DNA of 64,000 nt from Candidatus Sumerlaeia bacterium (GCA_033764015.1 JANRJK010000031.1:32001-96000), one strand, 5' to 3'; counted from the first letter of the stretch, positions 1 through 9,813 are shown. Numbers and translations are program-made. The notes: generated by a model from the letters alone, not told the origin.

Positions 1-135
1 ATGACCCGCCTGCGCGTGCTCGCCGCGCTCGAATCCGCGAACTGGCGCCGCCAGGACGCCGCGGAAGCCCTCGGCGTGGACAGGGCCACGCTCTACCGCA
101 TGATCAAGCGCTACGGGATCGAACGGGAGGAGTAG
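1..135 (+). CDS. C-terminal Fis-type HTH of a probable sigma54-dependent (NtrC-like) regulator, 5'-partial
   Basis: Frame 1 reads MTRLRVLAALESANWRRQDAAEALGVDRATLYRMIKRYGIEREE*, a classic HTH_8 pattern (AAxxLGVxRxTLYRxxxxYGI). The rest of the gene lies outside the window. Confidence 0.8.
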   Translation: MTRLRVLAALESANWRRQDAAEALGVDRATLYRMIKRYGIEREE

Positions 136-142
136 GGGCGGA

Positions 143-1261
143 TCACACCGCCGCCAGCGCCGCCTTCATCGCGTCCATCACCTCGTCCAGCTCCTCCTCG
201 CGCATGTGCGCGAAGAGCGGCAGGTTGAGCACGGAGCGCGACAGCAAGTCCGACTTCTCCCCGCCGATGGTCCCCGCGAGGTACGCCGCGGCGCCGGGCT
301 GCTTCGACATCGCGCCGGGGTAGACGTTCCCGAACCCGATGCCGCGCTCCTTCAGCACCGCCTCGATGCGCGGGCGCGCCTCCGGGTCGTGCATCGTCAC
401 GTTCAGGTAGCCGTTCTCGACGTAGCCCTCCGGCGGGGCGACGGTGCGGACGCCGAGGGCGTCGCATTGCGCGCGGAGCCACTCCGCCGACTTGCGCCGC
501 GACGCGAGCCGCGCCTCGTCGTAGTCGAGGCAGAGGTTCAGCCAGGCGGCGTCGAAGCCGCCGAGGCGGCTGTTCCAGCCCACCAGCCCGTGGCCGTAGT
601 GCGAGGTACGCCCGTGGTTGCCGAGCTTGCGGACCGTGTCCGCCAGCTCCGCGGTCGAGCAGTAGACCGAGCCCGCGTCGCCGCAGGAACCGAGCACCTT
701 GGCCGGGTAGTAGGAGCACGACGCCATGTAGGCGTCGCGGAAGATGGAGGCGCCCTTCCACGTCACGCCGTGGCCCTGCGCCGTGTCCTCGATGAGCGGC
801 AGGTCGCGCTCGCGGCAGAAGGCGCGGAACTGGTCGATGTGCCGCGAGCCCCACCCATAGAGGTGCACCAGGATCGCGGCGCGCGGCTTGAAGCGCTCGA
901 CGCCCTCGCGGAAAAGGTCGAAGTCCATCTGCAGGTCGTCGAGCGAGATGTCCACCGTGACCGGGCGCGCGCCGACGTTCACCACCGCCTCGAAGGTCGC
1001 CCAGAACGTGGCGTCCGGGATCAGCACCACGTCGCCCTCGCCGACGCCGGCGGCGCGCAGCGCGAGCTGGATCGCGTCCGTTCCGTTCGCGCAGCCCACG
1101 ACCGCCTTGGCGCCGGAGAGTTCGGCCAGGCGCTTCTCGAGCGCGGCCCCTTCCGGTCCGCTCACGAACATCGTGTTCTCGGTGATCCGGCGGCAGATCT
1201 CGATCCAGCGGTCCATGAACCCGGGCTCGAAGCGGCGCAGGTCGATGAAGGGTACGGGCAT
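143..1261 (-). CDS. DegT/DnrJ/EryC1/StrS family PLP-dependent sugar aminotransferase
   Basis: Motifs ANGTDA, VHLYG, IEDTAQGHG, SYYPAKVLGSCGDAG (PLP lysine), GWNSRL and LNLPLF. Confidence 0.93.
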   Translation of the reverse strand: MPVPFIDLRRFEPGFMDRWIEICRRITENTMFVSGPEGAALEKRLAELSGAKAVVGCANGTDAIQLALRAAGVGEGDVVLIPDATFWATFEAVVNVGARPVTVDISLDDLQMDFDLFREGVERFKPRAAILVHLYGWGSRHIDQFRAFCRERDLPLIEDTAQGHGVTWKGASIFRDAYMASCSYYPAKVLGSCGDAGSVYCSTAELADTVRKLGNHGRTSHYGHGLVGWNSRLGGFDAAWLNLCLDYDEARLASRRKSAEWLRAQCDALGVRTVAPPEGYVENGYLNVTMHDPEARPRIEAVLKERGIGFGNVYPGAMSKQPGAAAYLAGTIGGEKSDLLSRSVLNLPLFAHMREEELDEVMDAMKAALAAV

Positions 1262-1336
1262 GTGGCGGGTGGTCCTTGCGGAAGTCTTGACGGATGGTCC
1301 CGCCGCCGCTCCGACAAAGCCTAGCGGAATCCGCAG

Positions 1337-1954
1337 CTATCCCACCAGCACGTAAGCCAGGAACGTCAGCAGCCCCAGCGCCCCCGCGCCGAAGGCCAGC
1401 GGGCGGTACGCCGGGAGGCCGAACGACAGGGCCGCGCCGCTCGCGAAAAGCGCCAGCAGTCCAGCCGCCCAGAGCACCGAGACGCCCTTGGCGAAGTCGC
1501 TCCCCTTGGCTTTGTGGAGCTGCACCAGGCGCCGGTACGGCGTCGTCTTCTTCACCAGCAGCTCCGCCGCGAGCGGGTCCGCGGTCGGGCGAAGCACCAC
1601 GTCGGCGTTCGCGCCGGTCCACTCGAACTCGAAGGAGGTGCCGGCCTTCTTCACGCCGTAGCCGCCGGTCGGCTCGTCGATCTCCTGCTGCCGCAGGATC
1701 CCTTCGGCGATCGCGTGCAGCCGCGGCAGATCCGCCGTGAGCGGCTCCTCGAGCCCTACGGGGATCGTCTCGGTCTGGTAGCCGCCCCTGATCGACAGCG
1801 TGTAGAGCGCGCCGGTCACCAGGAACATGATGGCGACGGGGAAGAAGAACGACGCGAGCGCGACGTGGAAGGCGATGATGCGCTTGCGGGGCGAGGCGGG
1901 GCGGGGTGCGGCGGCGGGCGGTGCGGTTTCCAAGGGTGGTGTTCCTTCCTGCAT
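1337..1954 (-). CDS. PepSY-associated TM-type membrane protein
   Basis: 3' part of ORF 1337..6037 from ATG 1954. Contains TM helix FHVALASFFFPVAIMFLVTG, a soluble loop, LVQLHKAKG and two further TM helices. Confidence 0.7.
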   Translation of the reverse strand: MQEGTPPLETAPPAAAPRPASPRKRIIAFHVALASFFFPVAIMFLVTGALYTLSIRGGYQTETIPVGLEEPLTADLPRLHAIAEGILRQQEIDEPTGGYGVKKAGTSFEFEWTGANADVVLRPTADPLAAELLVKKTTPYRRLVQLHKAKGSDFAKGVSVLWAAGLLALFASGAALSFGLPAYRPLAFGAGALGLLTFLAYVLVG

Positions 1955-2083
1955 GGTCGTGGATGGACCCTGCGCGCGGCGGGCGTGAGGCGCAATCGGG
2001 CGCTGCGCGCTGTCGGATTGCACTGGAGCCCCGGGCCGGATGCGGCACACTCCCCGCGCGAGATTCCGGAAGGCGGCAGCGCC

Positions 2084-5000
2084 GTGCACAAGCATCGCCA
2101 CGAATCGGAGCAGGAATACCGCCTCGCGGTGGTGTTGCTGCTGCTCGCGCTCGGCGTGGTGCTGCTGGTGTTCTGGCTGCGCGGGCGCGACGGGCGCGGC
2201 GGAGTCCCGGCGCCCCGGCGCGACACGCCCCCCGCCGCGACGGCGGCCCCGAACCCGGCTCCGGACCCGGCGCCCGGCGAGGGCTCCGGCAGCGACCCCG
2301 CGACCGCCGAGGGCGACGGCACCCCGGCCGCCGACCCCGCGGACGACGGCGAGCTGTTCCCATCCACGGAGGAGTCGGAAACCACGTCCGGCCTGGCGCT
2401 GGCGCGCTCCCTCGGCAGCGGCGCCATCTCCGGCTGGGTGGTCCAGCCGAACGGGCGCCCCGTTTCCGCGGGGCGCGTGCGCGCCACCTTCCTCCGCGCC
2501 CCGGGCGAAGAGCCCTCGCAAAGCCTGGAACCGGAGGCGTCCGAAACGAAGGACGCGGAGACGAACGAGGACGGCCGCTTCCTGATCGAAGCGCTTCCCG
2601 TCGGCTACTGGTCGCTCGCGGCGGAGCTGGAGGGCTTCGGCGCCGCCACGCTCGCCGACGCCGTGGTGCCGCTCGGCGGCGTCGGCGGCCCCGTCACGCT
2701 CACGCTGTCCCCCGCCGCCTCGATCAACGGCGCCGTGCAGACCATCGCCAAGTCGCCGATCGCCGACGCCTCGCTCAGCGTGGACCGGCTGGTGCGGGTG
2801 TACTCGGAGGGCGGCTCGCCGCACGACATCGCGATTCCGCTCTCCGCGCGCGCCTCCACGGGAGCGGACGGCAAGTTCGCCCTCCGCGACCTGCCGCCGA
2901 AGCCGGTCCGGATCCGCACCGTGGCGGAGGGCTTCGCGCCCGACACGCGCGCCCGCACCGCGACGCCGGCCGGCCTCGCGGAGACGATCGTCCTGGAGCC
3001 GGTGGCGCCGCTCGCCGGCGTGGTCCGCGCGGAGGCCGGCGGCACCATCGAGGGAGCGACGGTCCGCGCCCGGCCCCGCGGCGACGCGAAGAAGGAGCTG
3101 GCGAAGGCGGCGAGCGGCGCGGACGGCGCCTACGCGCTCGGCGGCCTCCGCGCCGGCCTCGAGGTCGACCTCCACGCCGAGGCGCCCGGCTACGCGCCGC
3201 TCGGCCCCGTGCCCGCGGTCGCCGGCACCGGGCGGAACGTGCTCACGCTCGGCTACGGCGGCGCGATCAACGGCGTGGCCGAATGGCTGGACCGCACCGG
3301 CGATCCCCCCGCGGGCCTCGCGGTGGAGGCGCGGCTCGAAGGAGCCGACCCGCCCCGGTCCTGGACGACCCGCACGCGCGACGACGGGCGCTTCCGCCTG
3401 CGCGGCCTCCCCGCCGGGAAGTACGACGTCGCGCTGCGCGATCCGAAGCTCGTCGTCGATCCGCCGGTCCGCGTCGAGGTCGCCGCGGGCAAGCCCGCCC
3501 CCGAGGCGAAGCTCCGCGTCTACGAGGGGCTCGCGTTCGAGGTGCGCGTCCTCGAGGAGAGCTCGCGCCAGCCGATCCCCGGAGCGCGGGCGCTCGTGAA
3601 GCGCATCGCCGCCGACGGCAAGTCCGGCGCCCTCTACCGCGACGCCCTCGCGGACGAGGCGGGAGTGGCCCGGCTCGCCAACGTCCCCGCGGGTCCGTGG
3701 CGCCTCGGCGCGGAGGCCCCCGGCTTCACCGCCTCGGCGCAGAGCACCCGCGACCTCGACATCCGCCTGGTCCGCGGGACGGAGCTGCCGCTCCAGACGG
3801 TGACGCTCGCCCGCGCCGGCAGGATCGAAGGCGTGGTGCTGCTTCCGGAGGGCGGGCCCGCGCCCGGGGCGCATGTCGAACTGATGGACGCGTCGAAGAA
3901 CCCGCCCTCCGGGTCGCTGCCGCTCAGGCGGTTCGCGGCGGAAGCGGACTCCGGCGGCGCGTTCTCGATTCAGGACCTGCCCGCGGTCAACGCGCTGTCG
4001 CTCATCGTCGCCGCCACCGCCGCGGACGGCCGCCGCGGCGCGTCCGATCCCCTCACGTTGAACCTTGTCGAGCCCGAGGCGTCCGTCGCCATCGTCGTCG
4101 ACGGGGGCGGGCGCGTCGCCGTCCTCGCGCAGGACCGCGAGGGGCGCCCCGTCGCCGATGCGAAGGTCGAACTGGACCACGCGGAGTACCGCGGGACCGA
4201 GTCGCCCGCGGGCTGGCGGGGGCGCACGGACACCGCGGGCGCCTTCGAGGCCGCCGGCGTGCCCCCGGGACGCGTCGGCGCCCGCGTCTCGCGCGAGGGC
4301 TTCGTCTCCGCCACCGGCTCCGCGACGCTCTCCCTGGACCGCCCCGCGACGATCCGCGTGATCCTCGAGCCCGCCTACCCGATCGCCGGGCGCGTGGTCG
4401 ACGACCTGCAGCGCCCGATCGGCGGAGCGCTGGTCCGCGCCTCGCCGGAGGCGCCCGCCCGCGGTACGGGCGTTTCGGAAACGGACAACGCCGGCGATTT
4501 CGCGATCAGCGGGCTCGGCGCCGGCAAGTTCCGCCTCCGCGTCGAGGCGAGGTTCTCGCCCGCGCCCGGCGACAGCGCCGTCGTGATCGACTTCCCGGGC
4601 CAGCCCTCCGGCGGCACGCTGCCGACGCCCCTCGTGGTGCCGTGCAACGGAGCCGCGGGGGGCCGCGTGTTCTCGCAGCGCGGCCTCGACGCCATCGCCA
4701 AGGGATCCATCGCCCTCTCGGGCAAGACCTCCTGGGGCGCGAACTATTCGGCTAAGGGGAAGATCGACGCCGGAGCGTGGGAGTTCACCCGCCTGCCCCC
4801 GGGGCGATACACCGCGACCGCCACCGCGGAGGGCCACCTCCCCACGAAGAGCGCCGAGTTCGACGTCGCCAGCCCGGAGCGCACCACCGTGCCCGACCTC
4901 TACCTCACGCTCGGCGGGCGCGTCCGCGTCCGTGTGGTGGACGACGGCACCGGCGAACCGGTGCAGGCGGCGCTGGCGACCGCGGTCGAGTCGGGGCGCT

Positions 5001-6091
5001 TCGCCCGCACGGCGGCCAACGGCGAGGCCGTCATCGCGCCGCTCGAGGCGGGCATCCACACCATCTCCGTCACCCATCCCGACTACGAGCCGGCGGAGCG
5101 CTCCGGCGTGCAGGTCGTCACGCGCCAGCCCGTCCAGGTCGGGCCCATCCGCCTGAAGCGCGGCGTCGAGCTCACCGGCCGCGTGCTCGACGACCAGCGC
5201 CGCCCCGTGATCGGCGCCCGCGTGGGCCTGCGCCGCGACGGCAGGGACGACCGCCGCACCACGAACACGGACCGCGCGGGGCGCTTCAAGTTCCGCGGCG
5301 TGCCGCTCGACGACTGGCTCGTGACCGCCACCGCCCGCCTCGGCCCCGTCCCGACCAGCCGCACCGCCCGCGCCCAGCTCTCCGAGCGCGGCCCGAACGA
5401 GGTCGAGATCATCCTCGACGCCGCCTCGACGCTGCGCGGGCTCCTCGCCGCGCCACCGCCCGTGGAACTCGGAGGCGCCTTCGTCGAGGTGTATCCGCTC
5501 GCGGAAGACGGCACGCCGGAGCTCACCGCCCGCGCGAATCCACCGGTGCTGGACGGCGGCTTCGAACTGGCCGGCATCCCGGAGGGACGCTACCTGGTGC
5601 TGGCGCAGGCGCGCGACGGCGGGGGCGTCCGCTACTGGCACCGCGAAGTGGACGTCGCCGGCCCGCTGACGGAGGTGCTGGTCGACTCCGGAACCGCGGC
5701 GGTCTCGGGCGCTGTGTTCGACCGCGCGCAGGGCGACCCGGTCCCGGGGGCCGGCGCGCAGGCGGTGCTGCTGAGCGCGCCGCAGTCCGGCATCGGCCGG
5801 CTCGCGCGCTGGTGGCGCCGCGAGGTGGCGGCCGACGCCGCGGGCGCGTTCCGCTTCGATGCCCTGATGGCGGGCGAGTACCTGCTCTCCGCGCGGGACG
5901 AGCGCTCGACCGCCTCGGGGGTGTTCCTCCTTCCGGCCGGGGGATTCCTGCCGCTGGTTGCGTTCCTTCGCCCCGCGCCCTACATCGGTCCGGCGGATGG
6001 CGCCGCCACCCGGCAAGTTGGCTCGGGATTCTCTCACACGTTCGCGACTCCCGCCGCAACGCGGGCAGTGGATCGGAGCAAGTCGAAATGA
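2084..6091 (+). CDS. Membrane-anchored protein with many carboxypeptidase-regulatory-like (Cna-B/prealbumin-fold) repeats
   Basis: GTG 2084, N-terminal TM (LAVVLLLLALGVVLLVFWL), Pro-rich linker, then about 12 repeats of G-x-V...P-I/V-x-G-A-x-V...TDxxGxFxxxGLPxGxY. Confidence 0.85.
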   Translation: MHKHRHESEQEYRLAVVLLLLALGVVLLVFWLRGRDGRGGVPAPRRDTPPAATAAPNPAPDPAPGEGSGSDPATAEGDGTPAADPADDGELFPSTEESETTSGLALARSLGSGAISGWVVQPNGRPVSAGRVRATFLRAPGEEPSQSLEPEASETKDAETNEDGRFLIEALPVGYWSLAAELEGFGAATLADAVVPLGGVGGPVTLTLSPAASINGAVQTIAKSPIADASLSVDRLVRVYSEGGSPHDIAIPLSARASTGADGKFALRDLPPKPVRIRTVAEGFAPDTRARTATPAGLAETIVLEPVAPLAGVVRAEAGGTIEGATVRARPRGDAKKELAKAASGADGAYALGGLRAGLEVDLHAEAPGYAPLGPVPAVAGTGRNVLTLGYGGAINGVAEWLDRTGDPPAGLAVEARLEGADPPRSWTTRTRDDGRFRLRGLPAGKYDVALRDPKLVVDPPVRVEVAAGKPAPEAKLRVYEGLAFEVRVLEESSRQPIPGARALVKRIAADGKSGALYRDALADEAGVARLANVPAGPWRLGAEAPGFTASAQSTRDLDIRLVRGTELPLQTVTLARAGRIEGVVLLPEGGPAPGAHVELMDASKNPPSGSLPLRRFAAEADSGGAFSIQDLPAVNALSLIVAATAADGRRGASDPLTLNLVEPEASVAIVVDGGGRVAVLAQDREGRPVADAKVELDHAEYRGTESPAGWRGRTDTAGAFEAAGVPPGRVGARVSREGFVSATGSATLSLDRPATIRVILEPAYPIAGRVVDDLQRPIGGALVRASPEAPARGTGVSETDNAGDFAISGLGAGKFRLRVEARFSPAPGDSAVVIDFPGQPSGGTLPTPLVVPCNGAAGGRVFSQRGLDAIAKGSIALSGKTSWGANYSAKGKIDAGAWEFTRLPPGRYTATATAEGHLPTKSAEFDVASPERTTVPDLYLTLGGRVRVRVVDDGTGEPVQAALATAVESGRFARTAANGEAVIAPLEAGIHTISVTHPDYEPAERSGVQVVTRQPVQVGPIRLKRGVELTGRVLDDQRRPVIGARVGLRRDGRDDRRTTNTDRAGRFKFRGVPLDDWLVTATARLGPVPTSRTARAQLSERGPNEVEIILDAASTLRGLLAAPPPVELGGAFVEVYPLAEDGTPELTARANPPVLDGGFELAGIPEGRYLVLAQARDGGGVRYWHREVDVAGPLTEVLVDSGTAAVSGAVFDRAQGDPVPGAGAQAVLLSAPQSGIGRLARWWRREVAADAAGAFRFDALMAGEYLLSARDERSTASGVFLLPAGGFLPLVAFLRPAPYIGPADGAATRQVGSGFSHTFATPAATRAVDRSKSK

Positions 6092-6669
6092 ATCAACAAC
6101 TCAAGCTGGCCGGAGCCGCAGTCCTCTTCCTCGCCGCGGGCGGTTTCTTCTACATCCAGTACCTTAGCGTACAACCGAGTACGCTTAGGGCCGACAGTAT
6201 CGAGGTGAACAACGCCCGCGTGGCGGGCGCCGCGCCGCCGATGATGGGCGGCGGCCCCGGCGGGCGCATGAACGGCCCCGAGGGCATGATGTCCGAGGAA
6301 GAGCGCAAGGCGCAGCGCGCCGAGGTGCTCGACCAGCTCGGCCTCACGCCGGAGCAGCGCGCCAAGCTGGAGGAGATCGAAGCCCGCTTCGCCGGCCAGG
6401 ACCCGCGCGAGGCGTGGCGCGGGCGCATGGAGGCCAGCGCCGAGGTCCTCACCCCCGAGCAGCGCGAGAAGGCGCAGCAGCTCATGCGCGACCGTATGCG
6501 CGGACGCATGGAGGAGCGGCTCAAGATGCTCCCCGAGGGCGAACGCGACAAGTTCCGCCAGAAGCTCGAGCAGCGCATGTCCGAGCGCCGCGGGCGCATG
6601 GAGGCAAGAATGCAGAACGGCGAATCGCCCCGCGGCCCCCGCCCCGGGGAGGATGGTCCGCCCCAATGA
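6088..6669 (+). CDS. Exported or membrane-anchored Spy/CpxP-like (LTxxQ) helical protein
   Basis: ATG overlaps the upstream stop (ATGA). N-terminal TM, two motifs LGLTPEQR and VLTPEQR, R/E/M-rich helices. Confidence 0.75.
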   Translation: MNQQLKLAGAAVLFLAAGGFFYIQYLSVQPSTLRADSIEVNNARVAGAAPPMMGGGPGGRMNGPEGMMSEEERKAQRAEVLDQLGLTPEQRAKLEEIEARFAGQDPREAWRGRMEASAEVLTPEQREKAQQLMRDRMRGRMEERLKMLPEGERDKFRQKLEQRMSERRGRMEARMQNGESPRGPRPGEDGPPQ

Positions 6670-7214
6670 CCAGCCGCGCCGCCTTCACCCTCATCGAGCT
6701 CCTGGTCGTCGTGGCCATCATCACGATCCTGGCCGGCATCGCCCTGCCGAACTTCCTCGAAGCCCAGACGCGCTCGAAGGTGAGCCGCGCCAAGGCGGAC
6801 CTCCGCACCGTCGCCACGGGCCTCGAGGCGTACCACGTCGACCACGGACGCTACCCGCCGAGCACGCTGGTGCCGCGCTTCCTGCGCCTGCGTCCGCTCA
6901 CCACGCCGGTCGCCTACATCACCGAGGTGCCGCTCGACGTCTTCCAGTCCGAGGACCAGGGCTCCGGCCCCTTCCGCCGCCGCGGCAACTTCGCCTACGG
7001 CGCCACGCCGATCGACCAGGAGAGCCGCTGGGCGCTGGCCAGCGACGGACCCGACCTCGCCCCGAACGCGGGCGGCATCGAGTTCTACTACGGCTACAGC
7101 GAATCGATCTGGGAGAATCCCGCGAGCGGCTACAACTTCGTCCGCTACGACCCGACGAACGGCACGATCTCCGTCGGGGACATCTGGCGGCTCAGCGACT
7201 TCCAAATGCCCTGA
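6666..7214 (+). CDS. Type IV pilin/GspG-like protein with prepilin N-terminal methylation motif
   Basis: MTSRAA|FTLIELLVVVAIITILAGIALPNF, followed by AKADLRTVATGLEAYHVDHGRYP. ATGA overlap with the upstream gene. Confidence 0.9.
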   Translation: MTSRAAFTLIELLVVVAIITILAGIALPNFLEAQTRSKVSRAKADLRTVATGLEAYHVDHGRYPPSTLVPRFLRLRPLTTPVAYITEVPLDVFQSEDQGSGPFRRRGNFAYGATPIDQESRWALASDGPDLAPNAGGIEFYYGYSESIWENPASGYNFVRYDPTNGTISVGDIWRLSDFQMP

Positions 7215-7245
7215 CGGCGGCAAGGGCCGTCCGGGTGCTTGAACG

Positions 7246-7284
7246 AACGGCGCGGGAGCCAAGGCCCCCGCGCCGTTTCCATTT
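7246..7284 (+). terminator. Intrinsic terminator-like hairpin between convergent genes
   Basis: AACGGCGCGGGAGCC-AA-GGCCCCCGCGCCGTT followed by TCCATTT. Confidence 0.6.
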
Positions 7285-7303
7285 CCCGCGGAAGCGCGGC
7301 GGC

Positions 7304-7744
7304 CTACTCCTGCGTCACGACTTCATACTTCGCGTCGACGGTGTAGACGACCACCTCGTTGCTCGCCCGGATCGCGAAGCTGGCGCTGTCGCCGAGGAGG
7401 ACGATCTCCTTGAACTTGTCCGTGAGCGTGATCTCGCGGAGGATCTTCAGGCCGCGATCCGTCGGGACGACGACGGTCAGGCGCGTGCCGTTCTTCGTGA
7501 GGAAGACGGGGGAATCCTTGAACGCCAAAACCTGCTCGAAGGAGCTGCCGCGGGCGAGGACGCGGTCGGCGCCGGCGGGGTAGACGCGCATCGAGTACTC
7601 GACGGTGGGGACCGCTTCGGCGGAGGCGTTCTGGGCCACGGCCGGGGCCGGGCGCAGCGCGGGAGCGAAGGCGAGCGCGAGCAGGCCCCCCGCGAATCCG
7701 AGCGCCAGCGGCGTCAACGTGCGGCGGATCGTGTCCTTGGTCAT
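7304..7744 (-). CDS. Hypothetical exported protein
   Basis: ATG 7744, signal-peptide-like N-terminus (MTKDTIRRTLTPLALGFAGGLLALAFA...AVAQ), high-GC3 codon pattern, beta-rich mature part. Confidence 0.65.
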   Translation of the reverse strand: MTKDTIRRTLTPLALGFAGGLLALAFAPALRPAPAVAQNASAEAVPTVEYSMRVYPAGADRVLARGSSFEQVLAFKDSPVFLTKNGTRLTVVVPTDRGLKILREITLTDKFKEIVLLGDSASFAIRASNEVVVYTVDAKYEVVTQE

Positions 7745-7883
7745 GCGGCTCCAACCTCCGGGCGGGCGGAAAATCGCGGCGTGTGCGTTCATCTTGAAAA
7801 GGCCCCCCGGCCGCGGAGGCGTCAACGTCGAAAGGCATCGCCGGTTGCCCCGCGCCGCGTCGGGGGCAGCCTCTCGCCTTGAG

Positions 7884-8831
7884 ATGCAGGACCTCGACCG
7901 CACCCCCCCGGCCACCGCCCTGGAGCGCACCGCCTTCGCGGTCCGCTGCGCCATGCAGAGCCTGCTGATCAACGTGGCGCTCGCCATCGTGAAGGTCGCC
8001 GGCGGCCTCGCGGGCAATTCCTTCGCGCTGGTCGCCGACGGCATCGAGTCGCTCACCGACGGGCTCGTCTCGGTGATCGTCGTGGTGGGGCTCCGCGTCT
8101 CCGCGATCCCACCGGACGACGAACACCCCTTCGGCCACGGCCGCGCGGAAAACCTCGCCGCGCTGCTGGTGGCGCTGTCGCTCTACGGCGCGGCGGGCCT
8201 GATCGCGTGGCAGGCGGTCCACGAGATCCGCAATCCGCACCAGGCGCCCGCCTGGTGGACGCTGCTGGTCCTCGGGGGCGTGGTGCTGGTGAAGTGGTCC
8301 TTCGCCCGCCGCCAGGACCGCGTCGGCGCCGCCCTCGGCAGCTCCTCGCTCCGCGCCGACGCCTGGCACCACTGGTCCGACGCCGTCACCTCCGCCGCGG
8401 CGATGGTGGGCATCTCGGTCGCGCTGCTCGGCGGGCCCGGCTGGGAGAGCGCCGACGACTGGGCCGCCCTCGCCGCCTGCCTCCTGATCGCCTATAACGC
8501 CAGCGGCATCCTTCGCCGCGGGCTCGACGAGGCCATGGACCGGACCGTGGACGCGGGCCTCGAGGCGCGCCTGCGCGCCGTCGCCGGAGCGGTCGACGGC
8601 GTGGGCCGCATCGAAAAGTGCCGCGTCCGCCGCGCCGGCCTCGGCCTCCTCATGGAGGTCCACGTGCAGGTCCACGCGGAACTCTCCGTCCGCGCGGGGC
8701 ACGACATCGCCGGCGCCGTCAAGCGCGCCCTCCTCGACTCCGACCTTGGCGTGGACGACGTCGTCACGCACATCGAGCCGCTCGACGGCCCCCCGGCGCC
8801 GCGCTTGCCCACCGTCCCCCCCGAGCCATGA
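7884..8831 (+). CDS. Cation diffusion facilitator (FieF-like) transporter
   Basis: SFALVADGIESLTD, PPDDEHPFGHGRAE, LRADAWHHWSD and a C-terminal dimerisation domain ending VVTHIEP. Confidence 0.92.
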   Translation: MQDLDRTPPATALERTAFAVRCAMQSLLINVALAIVKVAGGLAGNSFALVADGIESLTDGLVSVIVVVGLRVSAIPPDDEHPFGHGRAENLAALLVALSLYGAAGLIAWQAVHEIRNPHQAPAWWTLLVLGGVVLVKWSFARRQDRVGAALGSSSLRADAWHHWSDAVTSAAAMVGISVALLGGPGWESADDWAALAACLLIAYNASGILRRGLDEAMDRTVDAGLEARLRAVAGAVDGVGRIEKCRVRRAGLGLLMEVHVQVHAELSVRAGHDIAGAVKRALLDSDLGVDDVVTHIEPLDGPPAPRLPTVPPEP

Positions 8832-8859
8832 TCGCCCACCACACCGAGGAGCGGGCACC

Positions 8860-9150
8860 ATGGCACGTCCGACGAAACTGACCGAGCAGGAGATCCGGGA
8901 GCGCCTCGCCGCGCACGCGGGCTGGGAGCTGCGCGAGGGCAAGCTGCGCCGCGAGTTCAAGTTCGCCGACTTCAACGCCGCCTGGGGCTTCATGTCGCGC
9001 GCCGCGCTGGCCGCCGAGAAGCTCGACCACCACCCCGAGTGGTTCAACGTCTACAACCGCGTTGTGGTGGACCTGGCGACGCACGACGCCGGCGGCGTGA
9101 CCGAGCTGGACTTCGCGCTGGCCCGGGAGATGGACCGCTACGCGGGCTGA
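8860..9150 (+). CDS. phhB: Pterin-4-alpha-carbinolamine dehydratase
   Basis: AEKLDHHPEWFNVYNRV...THDAGGVTELD signature. GAGGAG RBS upstream. Confidence 0.93.
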   Translation: MARPTKLTEQEIRERLAAHAGWELREGKLRREFKFADFNAAWGFMSRAALAAEKLDHHPEWFNVYNRVVVDLATHDAGGVTELDFALAREMDRYAG

Positions 9151-9155
9151 CCGCG

Positions 9156-9527
9156 TCAGACGTCCTCCGCGGAGGCGGTGCCCTCCTCCGACTGGTCCGC
9201 GGCGAGGCGATGCGGCGGGACCGGCGAGAACTTGAGCGGCGTGGCGGGCTTGACGCCGCTGCGCACCGCCGCGCGCGCCACCAGGTACCCCGCCAGCGGC
9301 GACGTGATGAACTGGAACAGCACCGCGACGAACGCCTTCGCCAGCACGTCCGGATCGTCCGCCAGCAGCCCCGCACCCAGCACGATCGCGCAGAAACCGA
9401 ACGTCAGCCCCTTCGACGCCGCCTGCAGGCGCAGGTACACGTCCGGGAACCGCAGCATCCCCAGCGCGGCGATCGCGGTGAAGACCGTCCCCAGCACGAT
9501 GAGCGCGGCGCCCAGCAGTTCACTCAT
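9156..9527 (-). CDS. mrpG: Mrp Na+/H+ antiporter subunit G
   Basis: GMLRFPDVYLRLQAASKG and FQFITSP. Last gene of the mrp operon. Confidence 0.9.
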   Translation of the reverse strand: MSELLGAALIVLGTVFTAIAALGMLRFPDVYLRLQAASKGLTFGFCAIVLGAGLLADDPDVLAKAFVAVLFQFITSPLAGYLVARAAVRSGVKPATPLKFSPVPPHRLAADQSEEGTASAEDV

Positions 9528-9810
9528 CGTTGATGCTCCCCTGCTCGATGTACTTCGCGACCGCGATCGTCGACAGGAAGCCGAGCAGCGAAATCACCAG
9601 CACCACGTCCATGAACCAGGCGGTCCCGAGGAAGAGCCCGTAGATCGTGATGATGCACAGCAGGATCAACGTGAACGCCTCGAACGCGGCGAGCCGGTCC
9701 GGCGCCGTGGGGCCCTTCACGAAGCGCACGACGACCAGCACCAGGCTCAGCGCCAGCAGCCCGATGACCGCCAGCACCGCGGCGTGGGGGAGGAACAGGT
9801 AGCGGTCCAC
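9520..9810 (-). CDS. mrpF: Mrp Na+/H+ antiporter subunit F
   Basis: RFVKGPTAPDRLAAFE and DVVLVISLLGFLSTIAVAKY. Confidence 0.9.
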   Translation of the reverse strand: MDRYLFLPHAAVLAVIGLLALSLVLVVVRFVKGPTAPDRLAAFEAFTLILLCIITIYGLFLGTAWFMDVVLVISLLGFLSTIAVAKYIEQGSINDE

Positions 9811-9813
9811 CGC

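Noticed and set aside
111..6037. Very long alternative-frame ORFs (e.g. 111..2363, most of 1337..6037, 1906..4755) and similar ones throughout the window
   Set aside because: Arg/Ala/Gly/Pro-rich shadow ORFs expected at high GC. They overlap genes with clear family motifs.
8860..9150. phhB without phhA as a novelty
   Set aside because: Stand-alone pterin dehydratase genes are common in bacteria.
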